A DNA stretch of 64,000 nt, from positions 182,502-246,501 of the forward strand of contig JACPWD010000022.1 in assembly GCA_016197285.1 (NCBI GenBank), in the 5' to 3' direction. This DNA comes from Deltaproteobacteria bacterium (GTDB lineage: Bacteria; Desulfobacterota; Binatia; Bin18). The position numbers and the translations under genes are program-made. Position 1 is the first letter of the stretch. Each line of letters begins with the position of its first letter. Under the pieces are notes generated by a model. That model saw only the letters and a list, made by a program, of their open reading frames with translations, did no database searches and had not been told where the DNA came from. Below, piece by piece: positions 62,238-64,000 of the stretch.

Positions 62238-63260
62238 TTACTCCCGAGCAAGTTGTAACAGCAGGTCCTCGACCGCGAGTTGCCGGTTGGCATTGCGACC
62301 GAGGGCTTGGATCGTATCATAGACGAGGGTGAGTTGTCGTAGTGCTCCCTCGACACCCAGTGCGGCGGCACGCTGAGACATGACGGCGGCGTTTTCCTGG
62401 TGACGCACGATCCCCTCCTGCCCCAACACGGCGCACCGCAGGACTTCTTCGTACCAGGACAACGCGAGTTCCAGGCGATTGCCGGTCGGGCGTTCCTCAC
62501 CAGCTTCTGTCTGAGCTTTGGACTTCTTCACACGGTCGGCAATCAACCATTCCGCAAACCGTGACAGATCGGAGAATGACGCACCGGGCAGCTTGTGCAG
62601 TTCTTCCTCGACGTATTTGCGCTCTTCGGTGAACAATTCCGGATCGAGTGTCAAAGCGCGTCCCAAACTGCCACGACTGTGAAGCGCCAGGACGTGGGCA
62701 GTGGCGGCATCTTTGCCGTAATCCTGGAGCAACTGTGCTTCGACCACCTCGGAAGAAAGCGGGGAAAACCGCACTTGTTGGCAGCGGGACAATAAGGGGC
62801 GAGACAGGGTCGCGGCATTGACCGTGAGCAGAATCAACAACGCATCCCCTGGCGGCTCCTCCATCAGTTTGAGCAGAGCGCTCTGCGCCTGGGCCGTAAG
62901 CAGATGGGCATCGTCAAGCACGGCGACCTTCTTTCCGCCCGAGATAGGTTTCAAACTCAGCATCCGTTGCAGATGACGCACTTGATCGATGACAACGGAT
63001 TGTTTGCCGGCCTCGGGCGCCACTAGCACAATGTCGGGATGCGTTCCCGCCGCGACCGAGGCACACGCAGCGCAGGCACCGCACCCTTCCTGGGGTCGTT
63101 CCCGGCACAACATCGCTTGGGTTAACGCCATCGCGGTGGTTTTCTTCCCGACGCCCGTCGGACCGATAAAGAGATAAGCGTGCGCCAGGCGATCGCTCGC
63201 CAGCGCTTTGCGCAGCGTCGCGAGTGCTTGGTCTTGGCCGTGAATAGTGTCGAACAGCAT
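62238..63260 (-). CDS. holB: DNA polymerase III subunit delta'
   Basis: 340 aa; AAA+ clamp-loader fold with GPTGVGKKT, zinc module CGACAACAS, SRC motif (LLSRCQQV). Confidence 0.85.
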   Translation of the reverse strand: MLFDTIHGQDQALATLRKALASDRLAHAYLFIGPTGVGKKTTAMALTQAMLCRERPQEGCGACAACASVAAGTHPDIVLVAPEAGKQSVVIDQVRHLQRMLSLKPISGGKKVAVLDDAHLLTAQAQSALLKLMEEPPGDALLILLTVNAATLSRPLLSRCQQVRFSPLSSEVVEAQLLQDYGKDAATAHVLALHSRGSLGRALTLDPELFTEERKYVEEELHKLPGASFSDLSRFAEWLIADRVKKSKAQTEAGEERPTGNRLELALSWYEEVLRCAVLGQEGIVRHQENAAVMSQRAAALGVEGALRQLTLVYDTIQALGRNANRQLAVEDLLLQLARE

Positions 63261-63269
63261 GGGTGCGTA

Positions 63270-63923
63270 TTACGTAGTGCGTGGTCCGTGGTCCGCCAAT
63301 CGCGTTAAGACGAGGGCGAGGATCTCCTGGCTGATCTCTTCCAGTGGGCGCAGCGAATCGATCACTCGGACGCGGCTCGGTTCCGTGTGAGCAACTGATA
63401 AAAACCCCTGTCGTACCCGTTCGTGGAAGGCGGCGGATTCCGCCTCGAAGTGGTCCACGGTCTCAGTCGTTCCTCGGCGTTTGCCCGCGCGCCGCAGTCC
63501 TTCTTCAACCGAAAGATCCAAAAGAAAAGTGAGATCCGGTTTATAGCCTCCACAAGCGAAGTCATTCAAGCGCAGCAACAGATCATGCTCAATGCCACGG
63601 CCATGGCCTTGGTAGGCAAGGGTAGAATCCGCGAAACGGTCGGAGATCACCACTTTCCCAGCCCGCAGTCCCGACGCGACCACTTCTTCGACATGCTGAG
63701 CGCGATCCGCTAGCATCAGCAGCAGTTCCGCACTTTTGGCGAGAGGGGCATCTGTCGAGTGCAGCAAGATTTGCCGCAACGTCTGCCCCGTTGCCGTGCC
63801 CCCCGGCTCGCGCGTGGCGACGACGTCGTAACCACGTTCCAGCAGGGACTGCGCCAGCGCGGCCACATGCGTACTTTTTCCGCAGCCTTCGATTCCCTCG
63901 AAAGTAATGAAGAATCCAGTCAT
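63270..63923 (-). CDS. tmk: Thymidylate kinase
   Basis: 217 aa; P-loop FITFEGIEGCGKST, LID region; upstream of holB as in many bacteria. Confidence 0.9.
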   Translation of the reverse strand: MTGFFITFEGIEGCGKSTHVAALAQSLLERGYDVVATREPGGTATGQTLRQILLHSTDAPLAKSAELLLMLADRAQHVEEVVASGLRAGKVVISDRFADSTLAYQGHGRGIEHDLLLRLNDFACGGYKPDLTFLLDLSVEEGLRRAGKRRGTTETVDHFEAESAAFHERVRQGFLSVAHTEPSRVRVIDSLRPLEEISQEILALVLTRLADHGPRTT

Positions 63924-64000
63924 GGGTCGCCTATCTTACCGAGGTCTACGCACGACGGAAAGGGAGAAGCTGCCGCCTCTTGTCCTCTTCCCAGGGACGG

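Noticed and set aside
62000-62500. N-terminal 167-aa extension of metG ORF
   Set aside because: Runs through MITE copy F and encodes Cys/Arg-rich junk; MetG homologs start at MPRIYITTPIYY.

Overview
This is a high-GC (~62%) bacterial chromosomal window. I could not assign the organism from the sequence.

Genes:
- Positions 1-13730 (minus strand) carry a conserved housekeeping block: glnD (5' part), an AmiC-like amidase, ahcY, metK, an NPr/HPr-family protein, rapZ, ptsN, rpoN, lptB, lptA, lptC, kdsA, pyrG and kdsB.
- Positions 14137-16270 form a low-GC island. It holds a DUF5615/DUF433 toxin-antitoxin-like pair, an unrecognisable 235-aa protein and a truncated HsdR_N restriction-enzyme remnant.
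- Positions 16304-20593 encode a four-gene operon: circularly-permuted ATP-grasp, alpha-E, Anbu (proteasome-like) and transglutaminase.
- Next come two small secreted proteins, then a TM0106-family RecB-like nuclease that appears disrupted by a frameshift with a hairpin-rich insert.
- After that: a tungsten-type aldehyde:ferredoxin oxidoreductase immediately followed by an Fds-type formate dehydrogenase alpha subunit, a FAD-linked oxidase, typA, a ferritin-like protein and a crotonase.
- A rhodanese has an in-frame TGA exactly at the catalytic cysteine position with a downstream hairpin, so it is a likely selenoprotein.
- A VapBC pair and a large TPR protein carrying 120-bp tandem repeats follow.
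- Positions 38363-58426 form a long catabolic-looking block: TauD, MBL hydrolase, three LLM flavin oxidoreductases, a Baeyer-Villiger monooxygenase, a DUF35-thiolase pair, a thioesterase, two acyl-CoA dehydrogenases, an IPCT/DIPPS-like fusion and two paralogous D-aminoacylases.
- The window ends with fur, tatD, metG, holB and tmk.

Repeats:
Several dispersed MITE/REP-like repeat families fill intergenic gaps and create spurious ORFs.

Caveats:
- The ORF track uses GTG and TTG as well as ATG starts and often over-extends N-termini. I adjusted starts where homology-like features or a ribosome-binding site supported it.
- Many long antisense ORFs in this GC-rich DNA are not genes.
- I found no rRNA, tRNA or CRISPR array.
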